Below are positions 35,701-47,695 of a stretch of 64,000 bases of DNA, one piece after another. The position numbers were made by a program, and so were the translations under genes. How positions within the stretch are numbered: the first letter of the stretch is position 1; each line of letters begins with the position of its first letter. This DNA comes from Chiloscyllium plagiosum (lineage: Eukaryota), in assembly GCF_004010195.1 (NCBI RefSeq), contig NC_057717.1, positions 103,873,179 through 103,937,178 of the forward strand, in the 5' to 3' direction. The notes beneath the pieces are model-generated. The model had not been told where the DNA came from and ran no database searches. It saw only the letters and a program-made list of their open reading frames with translations.

Positions 35701-38397
35701 ACCGAAGGGTCTGTTTCTGTGCTGTACATCTCTCTGACTCAATGATAAAGGGCACCATTTCCTCTTTCAAAAGTCCAAAAGTCTCTGGCTATATTGTTCA
35801 CTCCCACAACCTGTTCAGCTACCTGGGAGCCAATCACGTAGTTGTTGGTAGGTAGAAAGGCTCCATTTTATTAGCAACTGGTCACTACTCCACAGACTAG
35901 TTGTCAGTCGAAACTTAATCCCTGGTTCCAGTTCACCCGCAGAAACCTTCCCCCATTAGTTAATCAAGCAACAGTGTGAACATCACATATGATAAGTGCT
36001 GGTAGTTTGCTTTCAAAATGTAGAGCAATTGTTTCTGCCATTCTCAATTTTTAAAACAATCATAGATTCATAGAATCATTGAGCAGTTCAGCACAGAAGC
36101 AGACCCCAACTCGTCCATGCCGACCAGATATCCTAACCTAATCTAGTCCCATTTGCCAACACCCGGCCCATATCCCTCCAAACCCTTCCTATTCATATAC
36201 CCATCCAGATGCCTTTTAAATGTTGCAATCGTACCAGCCTCCACCATTTCCTCAGGCAGCTCATCCCATACACGAACCACCTTCTGTGTGAAAAAGTTGC
36301 CCCTTCGGTCCCTTGTATATCTTTCCCCTCTCACCCTAAACCTATGCCCTCTAGTTCTGGACTCCCTGACGCAAGGAAAATACCTTACCCATTCACCCTA
36401 TCCATGCCCTTCATGATTTTATAAATTACACTGTTTAACTTCGTCCTGTCAGTGGGAAGATGGGATTGGGAAGTCTCTACCTAGCAGGATAGTACCCTTT
36501 CCTTGCCAGTGACTGGGCAATGAAGCCATTTGAGCAGATGTAAACAATACAGCTGTCACATTGGCATTACAGGGGTAGCTTATTCAGCTGAAGTGACCCT
36601 GGGTGCTGAAGGGAGATAATGATACCATTCCTTAATTGTCACAAACAAAGTATCAGTGTAACGTTTAGAAGAAAAATTATATGTGAATGAATTGTTCACA
36701 TTTACATTGAAATGCTTTATAAAAATCTGTTCATGGTGAGCTCAGTTGGCTGGATGGGCTGCTTTCCGATGCAGAATGTCACCAACAGCATGGGTTCAAT
36801 CCCCATCACTGGCTGAGGTTACCACAAAAAACTCTCCTTCCCAACATCTCCTCTCGCCTGAGGTGTGGTAACTCTCAGGTTAAACTACTTCAAGTGTCTC
36901 TCTCTAATGAGGGAACAGCCTATGGTCTGGTCAGACTATGGTACCTTTATCTAATTAGAATAAATATTCCGTCATTGACAGTGTCCCTAAGAAATCTGCA
37001 ACAAAACAGAGGGTGTTTTGGACATAACTTGCCTGCCATAGTTTAGGTGTGTTTTTGATAGGAGCACCAGTCAGTTCAACAGTGTACTTACCAAGATAGT
37101 GATGATGAAACTGTTTAACTCCTTGCTCAGAAATTCTTCTAAGGATGCTGTCATTGAGGTGTTGGAGAATTGAATCATTCCTGATGTAGTCATATAGATA
37201 AACTGCACTTATAACCTGATTGGTAAAAGAATTGAGGTCAACCTTTGACTGAAAGTTCTTTCGCCGTGCATTGGCCTTGAGGCCTATCTGCCCCTGGGTC
37301 TCGCCATAGTAATCCCTCAGCACAGCACTGAGCTTGGGCAATGGTGGGCCTTGGAACTGAGTTAGAAGGTGTCCCAGGATGAAGCCATCCATGCCTCCAT
37401 TCATCACAGCATCTGTGGCGAGAGACAAGGGACCCAGCCCAGTGAAAACCTGAGGAGAAATCACATTGTCCCAGCAGCCATTGGGTCCCAGTAACACCTG
37501 GCTGCTGTTTGAGTGATGGGCCACGATTGCTAAGCCGAGATCTTTGGCTAACGTCAGAGCGTAAAGATTATCAATCGGGGCGTCCCCAGCTACGTCCGGC
37601 CAAGAGCAGTCCTTCTTCCTTCTCAGTCCAGCTTCTATCCCCGCCATCAGGTTGGCCAAAGCGATGGTGGTCCCGTCCGGAGTGAGGACCACACCGCGCT
37701 CAGCTGGAGGGCTGGCTCTGTGGTTCATGACGTCTCTCATAAAAGACAGCTGGTCTTCGGAGAGAGGTGGCAGAGAAGCGGGAGGGGCTGAGCCATCACC
37801 GAGAAGAAGATGGCGGTAATCCTGGTCAGAGGTCCGCAGTCCCCCTAGGCCAGTGGCCACATCGAGAATAGTCAACGCTGGGGCGAGGCCTTCCAACTCC
37901 TCGATGATGCTTAAGACATTATCGAGGTGATAGTCTGGTGCTGGAAGGAAAGATCAAACAATGAGAGAGTTAGAGAAAGTAACAGAATAACAAGCAATGG
38001 TTTGACATTAAAAGTATAACTCAACACGCTCCTGTAGTGTTGCAAGTGTCATGAACAACATTGTCACCGGCGCTAACAGGGTAATGACTCCCTGAGTTAA
38101 GCACTGTCCCTCAATGGAATGTTAACACAGCCACCCAGCACAGGGCGAAGATCACCTTAAACCCATGGGCTCCGGCTCCGGCTCCGGCTCCGGCCTTGTG
38201 TTTGAATCCGTCCGGCTCCCTCCCTCCCTGGAGCACTGCCACTTGCTGTTCATCCACAGAGCAGTCCGTCTCAAAGCCCACAGGAAAAGCTTTCAGAACC
38301 GCAGCAGGGCACGGTACTCACCTCTGACAGAGCCGAGGACAGGGTAAAGCCACCAGAGGAGCAGGGAGCAGCACTGAATCTGTACGTGGACTGACAT
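29415..38397 (-). CDS. PGLYRP2: Peptidoglycan recognition protein 2 (N-acetylmuramoyl-L-alanine amidase); four coding exons, 477 codons, plus a short terminal exon
   Basis: Signal peptide exon, long N-terminal exon (ERGVVLTPDGTTIAL, GPNGCWD, NGGMDGFILG) and amidase domain (CPAIIPRCLW, YIHHT, WDDIGYNF, YEGRGW, GHRQ..TLCPG); all junctions GT-AG and phase-compatible. Confidence 0.95.
30145..30810 (+). mobile_element. Penelope-like element 3' part (GIY-YIG endonuclease end), gapped
   Basis: Encodes NIIYCIRCSRCGLLYIGETGRLLA; ends with CTGATGAAGGCCTTTTGCCTGAAACGTC. Confidence 0.8.
32368..32930 (+). mobile_element. Short tRNA-derived SINE split by a CR1 3' fragment (about 32459-32900)
   Basis: SINE head GGTAGCATCCCTGCCTCTGAGCCAGG resumes as CATCTCTGAACAGG after the CR1; uninterrupted relative at 22143-22230. 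Confidence 0.6.
33281..34390 (+). mobile_element. Degenerate Gypsy LTR retrotransposon 5' end (LTR, PBS, decayed gag) in PGLYRP2 intron 3
   Basis: LTR with TATAAA ends in CA at 33485, followed by PBS-like TGGCGACGAG; gag-like LFGKFDSFDPAVE...VILTACGPAAFPVIKSL with stops. Confidence 0.7.
34814..35024 (-). CDS. PGLYRP2: PGLYRP2 exon 3 (ECPAIIPRCLWAARPY...YIHHT...WDDIGY)
   Basis: Acceptor TTGTTGCAG, donor AA|GTAAAG; 211 nt, phase 1 to 2; frame not shown in the ORF track. Confidence 0.92.
35085..35742 (+). mobile_element. CR1 3' end
   Basis: LRLYRTLVQSLLEYSVQFWSP...LRGDLIEVY. Confidence 0.88.
36060..36425 (-). mobile_element. CR1 3' end
   Basis: RGNFFTQKVVRVWDELPEEMVEAG. Confidence 0.85.
36730..36952 (+). 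mobile_element. tRNA-derived SINE
   Basis: A-box-like GCTCAGTTGG, B-box-like GGGTTCAATCCC, non-tRNA body. Confidence 0.5.
37092..37940 (-). CDS. PGLYRP2: PGLYRP2 exon 2 (N-terminal domain)
   Basis: Acceptor TCTTTCCTTCCAG, donor TG|GTAAGT; 849 nt open frame within ORF 36955-37896. Confidence 0.93.
38322..38397 (-). CDS. PGLYRP2: PGLYRP2 exon 1, signal peptide MSVHVQIQCCSLLLWWLYPVLGSVR
   Basis: GCCATG at 38397, hydrophobic leader, donor AG|GTGAGT; 76 nt, phase 1 matches exon 2. Confidence 0.8.
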
Positions 38398-38659
38398 GGC
38401 TCCGACTCCTGAGACAGGCAGTAACCTCTCCTCCCCCTTTATCAGCTGTTTGACCTGAAATCCTGTGGATCATTGACTTGAACTTTACTTCTCATCTACA
38501 AATTTTTACTTCATCAGATTGCGATACAATTGTATCCAATGACGTCTCTTCAAAATGCTAAAGCACTTCAGACAACATTTTAAGGCTGGTTGATGTTTAT
38601 TTGGACCCATTAGCAGGGTTTTCAACAGGCCCAATGTCTACTATAAGTACTGAACTGAA

Positions 38660-39320
38660 ACCATAAGACAGTAAGATATAGGAGCAGAATTAGCCCATTT
38701 GGCCCATCAGGTCTATTCTGCCTTCCCATCATGGCTGAGATGTTTCTCAACCCCCGTTCTCCCGCTTTCTTCCCATAACCTTTGACCCCCTTACTATCTC
38801 AGGCTTAAATATCCTCAATGACTTGACCTCCACAGCCCTGTGCAGCAATGAGTTCCACACAGTTACCACCCTCTGGCTGAAGAAATTCCCCCTCACCTCA
38901 GTTCTAAAGGGTCGCCCCTTCACCCTGAGGCTGTGCCCAGGGGTCCTAGTCTCTCCTGCTGGTAGAAACATCTTCTCCACATCCACTCTATCCAGCGAGT
39001 ACAGACCCAGACACCTCAATCACTCCTCATATGACAAGCCCTTAATTCCCATGATCGTTCTTGCAAACCTCCTCTGGATCCTCTCCAATGCCAACACATC
39101 TTCCCATAGGTATTCCAAATATTCCAAATGCAATTTGATCAGAGTCTTATACAGCATCAGCTCTTGTATTCTAGGCTTCTTGATATGAATGCTAACATTG
39201 CATTTGCCTTCCTAACTGCCAAGTGAACTTGCACGTTAACCTGAGGAGAGTCCTGAACAAGGACTCGCAAGTCCCTTTGTGCTTCAGATTTCTGAAGCCT
39301 TTCCCTATTCAGAAACTGTT
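38660..39320 (-). mobile_element. CR1 3' fragment
   Basis: GHSLRVKGRPFRTEVRGNFFSQRVVTVWNSL. Confidence 0.8.
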
Positions 39321-40722
39321 CAAAATCATTATACGTAGCCCACACAAAGCCATAAAATTGTCCTCAAAGATTTCATTCCACTCCCATGACCACTTCTGTC
39401 TAGAAGGACGAGGGCAGCAGATACATAGGAACACCACCATCTGCAAGCTCCCCTCCAAGCCAGTCACCACTCTGACTTGGAAGTGAGTCGTTGTTCCTTC
39501 AGTGTTGCTGGGTCCAAATCCCTGAAACTACATTCCTGACAATATCGTGGGTGTATCTCCCCGCCCCAAAGACTGGTGAGGTTCAAGAAGGCAGCTCACC
39601 ACTGTCTGCTCCTGAGCAATTAGGGGCGGGTGATAAATATTGGCCCAGCCAGCGATGCTGGCATCCCACAAATGAACCAAAAACACCAATCCAAGTGGAG
39701 GATGTGTGTGACCTCACCGTCGTTGCTTCAGGCAACCTGAAGCAGCCAATTACAAGCCTCTAAATAAGACCACACCCAAGGACTAATCACCCCTTGATGG
39801 GCACGTTGGAAAATCAGAGACTGGAGTAGACCATTCAGCCCATCGAATCTGTGCCAACACTCGATAACATCAAAGCTCATCCTATTGTGGCATTGAATCT
39901 GTTTACCTGTCAGCTCTCCATTACTCTAGTAGATCAAATCTTGGACCTAAATCAGCCTCGAATATATTCAATAAGCCTAATGAGGGAAGAAATTCCTCTT
40001 CACTTCCATTTTATACAGGAGATCATTTCTCCTGAAGTGATGTTGCCTTGTTCTAGATTTCTCCACAAGGGGAACATCCTTTCAGCACCCACCCTCTCAA
40101 GCCCTCTCAGAAATAACAATGTTCTAATAAAATGCTTTTAAGCTCTTGACGAGTGATAACGCAAGCTGCTCAGCCTTTCTCTCTTCCCGCGAATCAGCCT
40201 AGCGACCCTTCTCGTTATTAAGTAAACCCACTAACGTTCCCTTTAACTTTCCCAGCCTCTGAGGTCAGTGTTCAGCAATAGTTTCCAGAATTGGAAGATA
40301 AGCCTGATCCTCTGTGCAGGGATCTTCTGAGCGGTTGCGTTGTTTTGCGGGAACATTATCATCCACCCTTCAATTAAAGTGGCCAAATCTGTAACGAGGC
40401 ATGATCTCACCGATATTCTGTAATTATTCAAATAGTCAAAGCTTTGATTTTTTTTGGTTCACTCATGGGATGTGGGCATCACTGGCTGGGTCAACATTTA
40501 ATGTCCATTTATTACCTTCAGATCCCTCTCCCCCTTCTCATCATTAACTTCCTTCAACCCTCCAAGATCATTCCTTTTTTCCAATTCTGTTCTCCTCAAC
40601 TCCCTCAGATTTCTTGGCAGCTGGGCCCTAAGCTCCACAATTCTCTCCCCTTGAACCTCTCTGCTTTTCGTTTGCCTCCCTTAAGATATTCCTTAAAACC
40701 CAACCTCTTTGGTCAAAGCTTT

Positions 40723-43352
40723 TAGAACATAGAACATAGAACATTACAATGGCATACAGATCCTTCAGCCCTCGATGTTGCGTCAACCTGTGAAACCAAT
40801 CTACCCTACATTATTCCATTATCATCCATGTGTTTATCCAATGACCATTTAAATGTGCTTAAAGTTGGTGAGTCTACTACTGTTGCAGGCAGTGTATTCT
40901 CTGAGTAAAGAAACTACCTCTGACATCTGTCCTATATCTATCACCCTTCAATTTAAAGCTGTGTCCCCTCATACTAGCCATTACCATCCGAGGAAAAAGG
41001 CTCTCACTGTCCACCCTATCTAACCCTCTGATCATCTTGTATGTCTCTATTAAGTCACTACTTAATTTTCTCTCTTAAAAAAAAGCCTCAAATCACTCAG
41101 CCTTTCCTCATAAGACCTTCCCTCTATACCAGGCAACATCCTAGTAAATCTCCTCTGAACCCTTTCCGATGCTTCCACATCCTTCCTATAATGCGGTGAC
41201 CAGAACTGTACACAATACTCCAAGTGCGACCGCACCAGAGTTTTGTACAGCTGCAACATGACCTCATGGCTCTGAAACTTAATCCCTCTACCAATAAAAA
41301 CTAACACACTGTATACCTTCTTAACAACCCTATCAACCTGGGTAACAACTTTCAGGGATCTATGTACCTGGACACTGAGATCTCTCTGCTCCTCCACACT
41401 ACCAAGAATCTTACCATTAGCCCAGTATTATGTATTCCTGCTATTCCTTCCAAAGTGAATCACCTCACACTTTTCCACATTAAACTTCACTTGACACCTC
41501 TCAGCCCAGCTCTGCAGCTTATCTATGTCCCTCTGTAACCTGCAACATCCTTCAACACTACTGACAACTCTACTGACCTTAGTGTCATCCTCAAATTTAC
41601 TAACCCATCCTTCTATGCCCTCATCCAGGTCATTTATAAAAATGAAAAACAGCAGTGACGCCAAAACAGATCCTTGCGGTACATCACTAGTAACTGAACT
41701 CCAGGATGAACATTTCCCATCAACCACCATCCTCTGTCTTCTTTCAACGAGCCAAGTTCTGATCCAAACCGTTAAATCATCCTCAATTCCATGCTTCCAT
41801 ATTTTCTGCAATAGCCTACTGTGGGGAACCTTATCAAACGCCTTATTGAAATCCACATACACCACATCAACCACTTTACCCTCATCCACCTGTTTGGTCA
41901 CCTTCTCAAATAACTCAATAAGGTTTGTGAGACTCAATAAGGTTTGTGAGGCACAATCCACCCTTTACAAAACCGTGTTGACTATCCCTAATCAAATTAT
42001 TCCTTTCCAGATGATTATAAATTCTCGCTCTTATAATCATTTCCAACACTGTTCCCACAACCGAAGTAAAGCTCACTGGTCTATAATTACCAGGGTGTCT
42101 CTATTCCCCTTTTTGATCAAGGGGACAACATTTGCTATCCTCCAGTCTTCTGGCACTATTCCTGTAGACAATGACAACATAAAGATCAAAGCCAAACGCT
42201 CTGCAATCTCCTCCCTTGCTTCCCAGAGAATCCTAGGATAAATCCCATCTGGCCCAGGAGATTTTACCTATTTTCACACTTTCCAGAATTGCGAACACCT
42301 CCTCTTTATAAAACTCAATCCCGTCTAATAGCCTAGTAGCCTGTATCTCAGTATTCTCCTCAACAACATTATCTTTCTCCTGTGTGAATACTGATGAAAA
42401 ATATTCATTTAGCGCCTCTCTTCTCTTTTCGGACTCCATGCAAAACTTCCCACTAATGTCCTTGATTGGCCCTAATCTTACTCTAGTCATTCTTTTATTT
42501 CTGACGTACCGATAGAAAGCTTTAGGGTTTTCTGTGATCCTACCTGCCAAAGACTTATCATATTCCCTCCTAGCTCTTCTTAGTTCCCTCTTTAGGTCCT
42601 TCCTGACTAACTTGTAACTGTCAAGTGCTCTAACTGAATGTAACAAAAGAAGCTGAAAATGACAGTGAAATGCTGGATGAGCAAGAGGATTAACAGCTTG
42701 TGTTCTGAACTCAGTTTCAAAAAGTTACTGAAAACCTTGTAGAACTGAGAAATGTAGGGATTGCTATACAGCACAACCCCATGGCCATAACAAGGAGCTG
42801 CATCACTGCAAACCAATTGAATCACAACTAGCATAATCTGCATTTATGTAGCACTCTCAGTCTGTTAAAGGGCACCAGGAGCCTTCATCTTTACATTAGC
42901 CTCCTTCTTCCTCTTGACAAGAAATTCAACTTCATTAGTAAACCATGGTTCACTTGCTTGACCACTTCCTCCCTGCCTGACAGGTACATACTTATCAAGG
43001 TCACGCAGTAGCTGTTCCTTGAACAAGTTCCACATTTCAATTATGCCCAACCTCTGCAGTTTCATTCCCTCTCCTATACATCCTAAATTTTGCCAAATCC
43101 CAACATAATTGCCATTCCACCAGCTATAATTCTTGCCCTGCGGTATATACCTATGCCTTTCCATCACTAAAGCAAATGTAACCGAATTGTGGTCATTATC
43201 ACCAAAGTGTTCACCTACCTTCAAATCCAAAACCTGGCCTGGTTTATTAGCTAGTACCAAATCCAATGTGGCTTTGCATCTTGTTGACCTATCTACATAC
43301 TGTGTCAGGAAACCTTCCTGCACACATTGAACAAAACCTGACCCATCTAAAG
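40723..43352 (-). mobile_element. Largest CR1 copy: ORF2 endonuclease to RT to 3' tail, frameshifted, with a non-LINE insert near 42640-42880
   Basis: TLDLVL, GDNDHN, DFNKAFDKVPH, VPQGSVL, KFEDDTK, (AGAACAT)n tail. Confidence 0.92.
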
Positions 43353-43399
43353 TACACCCAAACATCTCCCTCAGTGGGAAACTTTGCATGATAACATTG

Positions 43400-44004
43400 C
43401 TGTTGGCCTCCTCTATATTGGGGAGACAGGCCGCCTACTTGCAGAACGTTTCAGAGAACACCTCTGGGACACCCGGACCAACCAACCCAACCACCCCATG
43501 GCTCAACACTTCGACTCCCCCTCCCACTCCACCAAGGACATGCAGGTCCTTGGACTCCTCCATCGCCAGACCATGGCAACACGACGGTTGGAGGAAGAGC
43601 GGCTCATCTTCTGCCTGGGAACCCTCCAACCACAAGGGATGAACTCAGATTTCTCCAATTTCCTCATTTCCCCTCCCCCCACCTTGTCTCAGTCAAATCC
43701 CTCGAACTCAGCACCGCCTTCTTAATCTGCAATCTTCTTCCTGACCTCTCTGCCCCACCCCACTCTGGCCTATCACCCTCACCTTGACCTCCCTCCACCT
43801 ATCGCATTTCCAAAGCCCCTCCCCCAAGTCCCTCCTCCCTACCTTTTATCTTAGCCTGCTGGACACACTTTCCTCATTCCTGAAGAAGGGCTTATGCCCG
43901 AAACATCGATTCTCCTGTTCCTTAGATGCTGCCTGACCTGCTGCGCTTTTCCAGCAACACATTTTCAGCTCTGATTTCCAGCATCTGCAGCCCTCACTTT
44001 CTCC
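43400..44004 (+). mobile_element. Penelope-like element 3' end with GIY-YIG C-terminus and hammerhead core at 43880-43907
   Basis: GLLYIGETGRLLAERFREH...RRLEEERLIFCLGTLQPQGMN; CTGAAGAAGGGCTTATGCCCGAAACATC. Confidence 0.85.
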
Positions 44005-45884
44005 TCAAGGAACAGCTACTGTCAGACAGGGAGGAGGTGGTTGAGCGAGTGAACCATGGTTTACTAACAAAGTTGAATCTCTTATGAAGACGATGAAGGA
44101 GGCTAATATAAAGATGAGGGCTCCTGGGGGCCATGAACAGACTGAGGGTGCTACATAAATGCAGGTTATGCTGGTTGTAATTCAATTGATTTGTGAGGAT
44201 GCAGCTCCTTGTTATGGCCATGGGGTTGTGCTGTAGAGCAATGCCAACATTTCTCAGTCCCACAAAGTTTCCGTAACTTTTTGAAACTGAGTTCTGAACA
44301 CAAGCTGTCAATCCTGTTGTTCATCCAGCTTCATTGGTTACATATTCTAGATTCAGTATTTTGCTTTTTTACTTTATTTGCTGCTCTCACTCTGCTTTTC
44401 GGCAGCATTCGAATCAGTGGAGAAACAGGTCCAAGCAGTTTCTGACTCTGTGCATCTCAGTTACAGCATCTCACCAAACCTCGCCTTAAAAGAGAAAATC
44501 TCTAAACCAAAGTCAGTGAAATAAAGACTTGGAAGCAATCGTGCCTCAAATGTTTTGACATTTATTGGTGGCTTAACTGGCTAAGGAGAAAAAACGTGTC
44601 CCAATCGAAATATTTCAGTCTCGTTGTTTGAATGCTCATCAGTCACTCTGGAAGAAGTGCAGGGAATGGTAATGAAGACCATAAGCTGTAGGAGCAAAGG
44701 TAGGCCATTCAGTCCATCAAGCCTGCTCCACCATTCAGTGAGATCATCTCAGAATAAGGGACCACACAGTCAGGACAGAGATGGGTTAGATTGGGTTGGG
44801 ATATCTGGTCGGTATGGAAGGGTTGGACTGAAGGGTCTGTTTCTGTGCTGTACATCTCTATGACTCTATGAGAAGGTATTTCCTCTCAGAGGGTTGTAAA
44901 TCTGTGGACATTTTTACCACGGATGATTGTCGAGGCTGGGTCATTCAGTATATTCATGGTTGTGATCGACAGATATTTTTTAATCAGGAAGGGAATCAAG
45001 AGTTATGACGGAAAAGGCAGGAAATTCTTTCTAATTTCAAAAATATACTTTATTCATAAAAATATCTTTATGTAGATACATAGTCACCAAAGCAGTTCAG
45101 TTCTGTACAGTAGCATAGGATGAAACAAACAAACATTGTCAGTTCTGAGGTAGGGTCCATAAGACATAGGAGCAGAAATGAGGCCATTCAATCATGGCTG
45201 ATACGTTTCTCAACCCTATTCTCCTGCTTTCTCCCTGTAACTCTTGATTCATTTGATATTCAAGAACATATCTATCTCAGTCTTAAACATACTCAATGAC
45301 CTGGCCTCCACAGCCTTTTGTGGTGATGATTTCGATAAATTCACCACTCTCTGGCTGAAGACACTTCTCCTTATCTCCATTCTAAAAGGTGTTCCATTTA
45401 CTCTGAGGCTGTCATGGAACCTGAAACACTAACTTTGATTTCTCTTCACAAATGCTGCCAGACCTGCACAGTTTTTCCAGTGACTTCTGATTTTTCTTTC
45501 AAACAAACGTTGGAGTTTGACTGTATCCAGCAAGCAAACCAAAGGACATTCTTAAGTGTACAAGATTATATTTATATATATTTGAGGCACCAGGAGGGTC
45601 CAATGCATTAAAGCCCCACCAATTTATCTTTGGCCACTTTCCTTATGTGGGTGGCTTGCTATCAACTCTTGCTCAATAGCATTTTGCTAAAGCATCTTAC
45701 GACTTTAAAGTTGTTACATAAATACAAAAAAAAGTAATTTTATTTTATATCCCAGGAGCGTAGACGTGTGTTTAAATTGATTAAATAATATCAGTTGTAC
45801 CCTATGGAGTTCCCGATTGCAGTGGGACTGAAACACACACCTAAATGAATTGCAGGTACCCTGCTCCAGGTGTGCTATCTGGAA

Positions 45885-46266
45885 GCGCCCTGGGGGTTGT
45901 AGTCCGGAGCAGTCCACAGACTACATTTCCCGGCGTGCAAGGGGGAGGAGCTCACTGGGAGTTGTAGGCCGGAGTGTACCTGAGACTACATTTCCCGGCA
46001 TGCAAGGGGAAGGTGCCCACTGGGTGTTGTAGGCCTGAGTATCCCGGAGACTACATTTCCCGGCGTGCAACGGGGGCGGCGGTCACGAACGAGCCTGTGA
46101 ATGGCTAGTGGTTCGCCTGCGCCAATGGGTGACCGCGGGAGACGCATGCGCGGGACGGGGTGCGTGAAGGGGAGGCGGCGGGCGGGAGTCTTGGAAACGG
46201 AGCGAGAGGGCGGCCTCGGGTTCAGGCTCAGGCCGGGACCAGGACCTGGGGCTGGGGAGGGTGAGT
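45885..46266 (+). promoter_or_regulatory. CpG-rich housekeeping-type promoter with six ZNF143/SBS-like motifs, CCAAT, NRF1-like and GC boxes, and a candidate first-exon splice donor
   Basis: ACTACATTTCCCGGC at 45920, 45985 and 46050; reverse CTACAA..CCCAG motifs near 45890, 45955 and 46020; GCCAAT at 46121; CGCATGCGCG near 46143; G|GTGAGT at 46260/46261. Confidence 0.7.
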
Positions 46267-46285
46267 GACACTACCCACACACACC

Positions 46286-46785
46286 NNNNNNNNNNNNNNN
46301 NNNNNNNNNNNNNNNNNNNNNNNNNNNNNNNNNNNNNNNNNNNNNNNNNNNNNNNNNNNNNNNNNNNNNNNNNNNNNNNNNNNNNNNNNNNNNNNNNNNN
46401 NNNNNNNNNNNNNNNNNNNNNNNNNNNNNNNNNNNNNNNNNNNNNNNNNNNNNNNNNNNNNNNNNNNNNNNNNNNNNNNNNNNNNNNNNNNNNNNNNNNN
46501 NNNNNNNNNNNNNNNNNNNNNNNNNNNNNNNNNNNNNNNNNNNNNNNNNNNNNNNNNNNNNNNNNNNNNNNNNNNNNNNNNNNNNNNNNNNNNNNNNNNN
46601 NNNNNNNNNNNNNNNNNNNNNNNNNNNNNNNNNNNNNNNNNNNNNNNNNNNNNNNNNNNNNNNNNNNNNNNNNNNNNNNNNNNNNNNNNNNNNNNNNNNN
46701 NNNNNNNNNNNNNNNNNNNNNNNNNNNNNNNNNNNNNNNNNNNNNNNNNNNNNNNNNNNNNNNNNNNNNNNNNNNNNNNNNNNNN
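46286..46785. other. Assembly gap of exactly 500 N (other gaps: 13958-14104, 27606-27895, 30523-30664)
   Basis: Direct count. Confidence 0.95.
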
Positions 46786-47030
46786 CATCCATAGGAACAG
46801 GGGGCACCATCCATAGGAACAGGGGGCACCAGATAGGGGCAGAGGGCACCATCGATAGGGACAGAGGGCACCAGATAGGGACAGAGGGCACCATCGATAG
46901 GAACAGACGGCACCATCGATAGGAACAGAGGGCACCATCTATAGGAACAGAGGGCACCATCGATAGGAACAGAGGGCACCATCGATAGGAACAGAGGGCA
47001 CCATGTATAGGAAGAGAGTGTACCATCTAC
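46786..47030. repeat. Minisatellite, about 22-bp unit AGAGGGCACCATCGATAGGAAC (with 19-bp variants), truncated by the gap
   Basis: Direct tandem array. Confidence 0.9.
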
Positions 47031-47474
47031 AAGATACACTGGAGTAACACCCAGGCTCTTCTGACTGTACCTTCCTAAATCTGCAACATCTGACATCTAA
47101 AAGGACAAGGGCCTAAGGTATATAGAACACTCCCACTTACAAGTTCCCCTCTAAGCCACTCTTCATCCTGATGTGTAAATTTATCGCTGTTATTTCAGTG
47201 TTGCTGGGTCAGAATCCTGGAACTGTCTCCCGACCACGATTGTGTTGCACCTACAATAGCAATATGATTAAGTAGCCAAGCAGCACTTCATCAAGGATGG
47301 GTTCCAATTAACAGCGAAGTCATGTTAAGATAAACCTAAGTAGTATGAGCAAGAGCAGATCTTTGAGCCTGCTCTGTATTCAAATGTGATTATGTCTGAT
47401 CTTCTCATTCCCCCTTTTACCCGCACTATCCCTCTATCCCTTCATGTTTTAACAATCTCAGCCTTGAACATTGC

Positions 47475-47695
47475 CTCAATCAAGGACAGGAAATGACACC
47501 ACCACAGGAAATGACATCGTCAACCCAAGGAAACCTAAACACAAATAGAAAGCGGGCCATGCCACCATTCGGAGGCCCAGTGAAGATGTTACCTAGAGTG
47601 GTGACCAAACGTCTGAAAACGAACCTTCCAGCTCAGCGAACAAACCTATATCCAGAACCTCAACCTGAAGTATAAATCTTTTCAAAACTCGCTAA
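47475..47695 (+). mobile_element. Terminal fragment of a second Penelope-like family with a degenerate hammerhead-like core
   Basis: TGAAGATGTTACC...GGTGACCAAACGTC; family assigned from recall. Confidence 0.4.

Noticed and set aside
40723..43352. Active autonomous CR1
   Set aside because: Multiple stops, frameshifts, an internal insertion and 5' truncation
46083..47096. Long ORFs across N runs (also near 13.9, 27.5 and 30.5 kb)
   Set aside because: Artefacts of translating gaps and minisatellite
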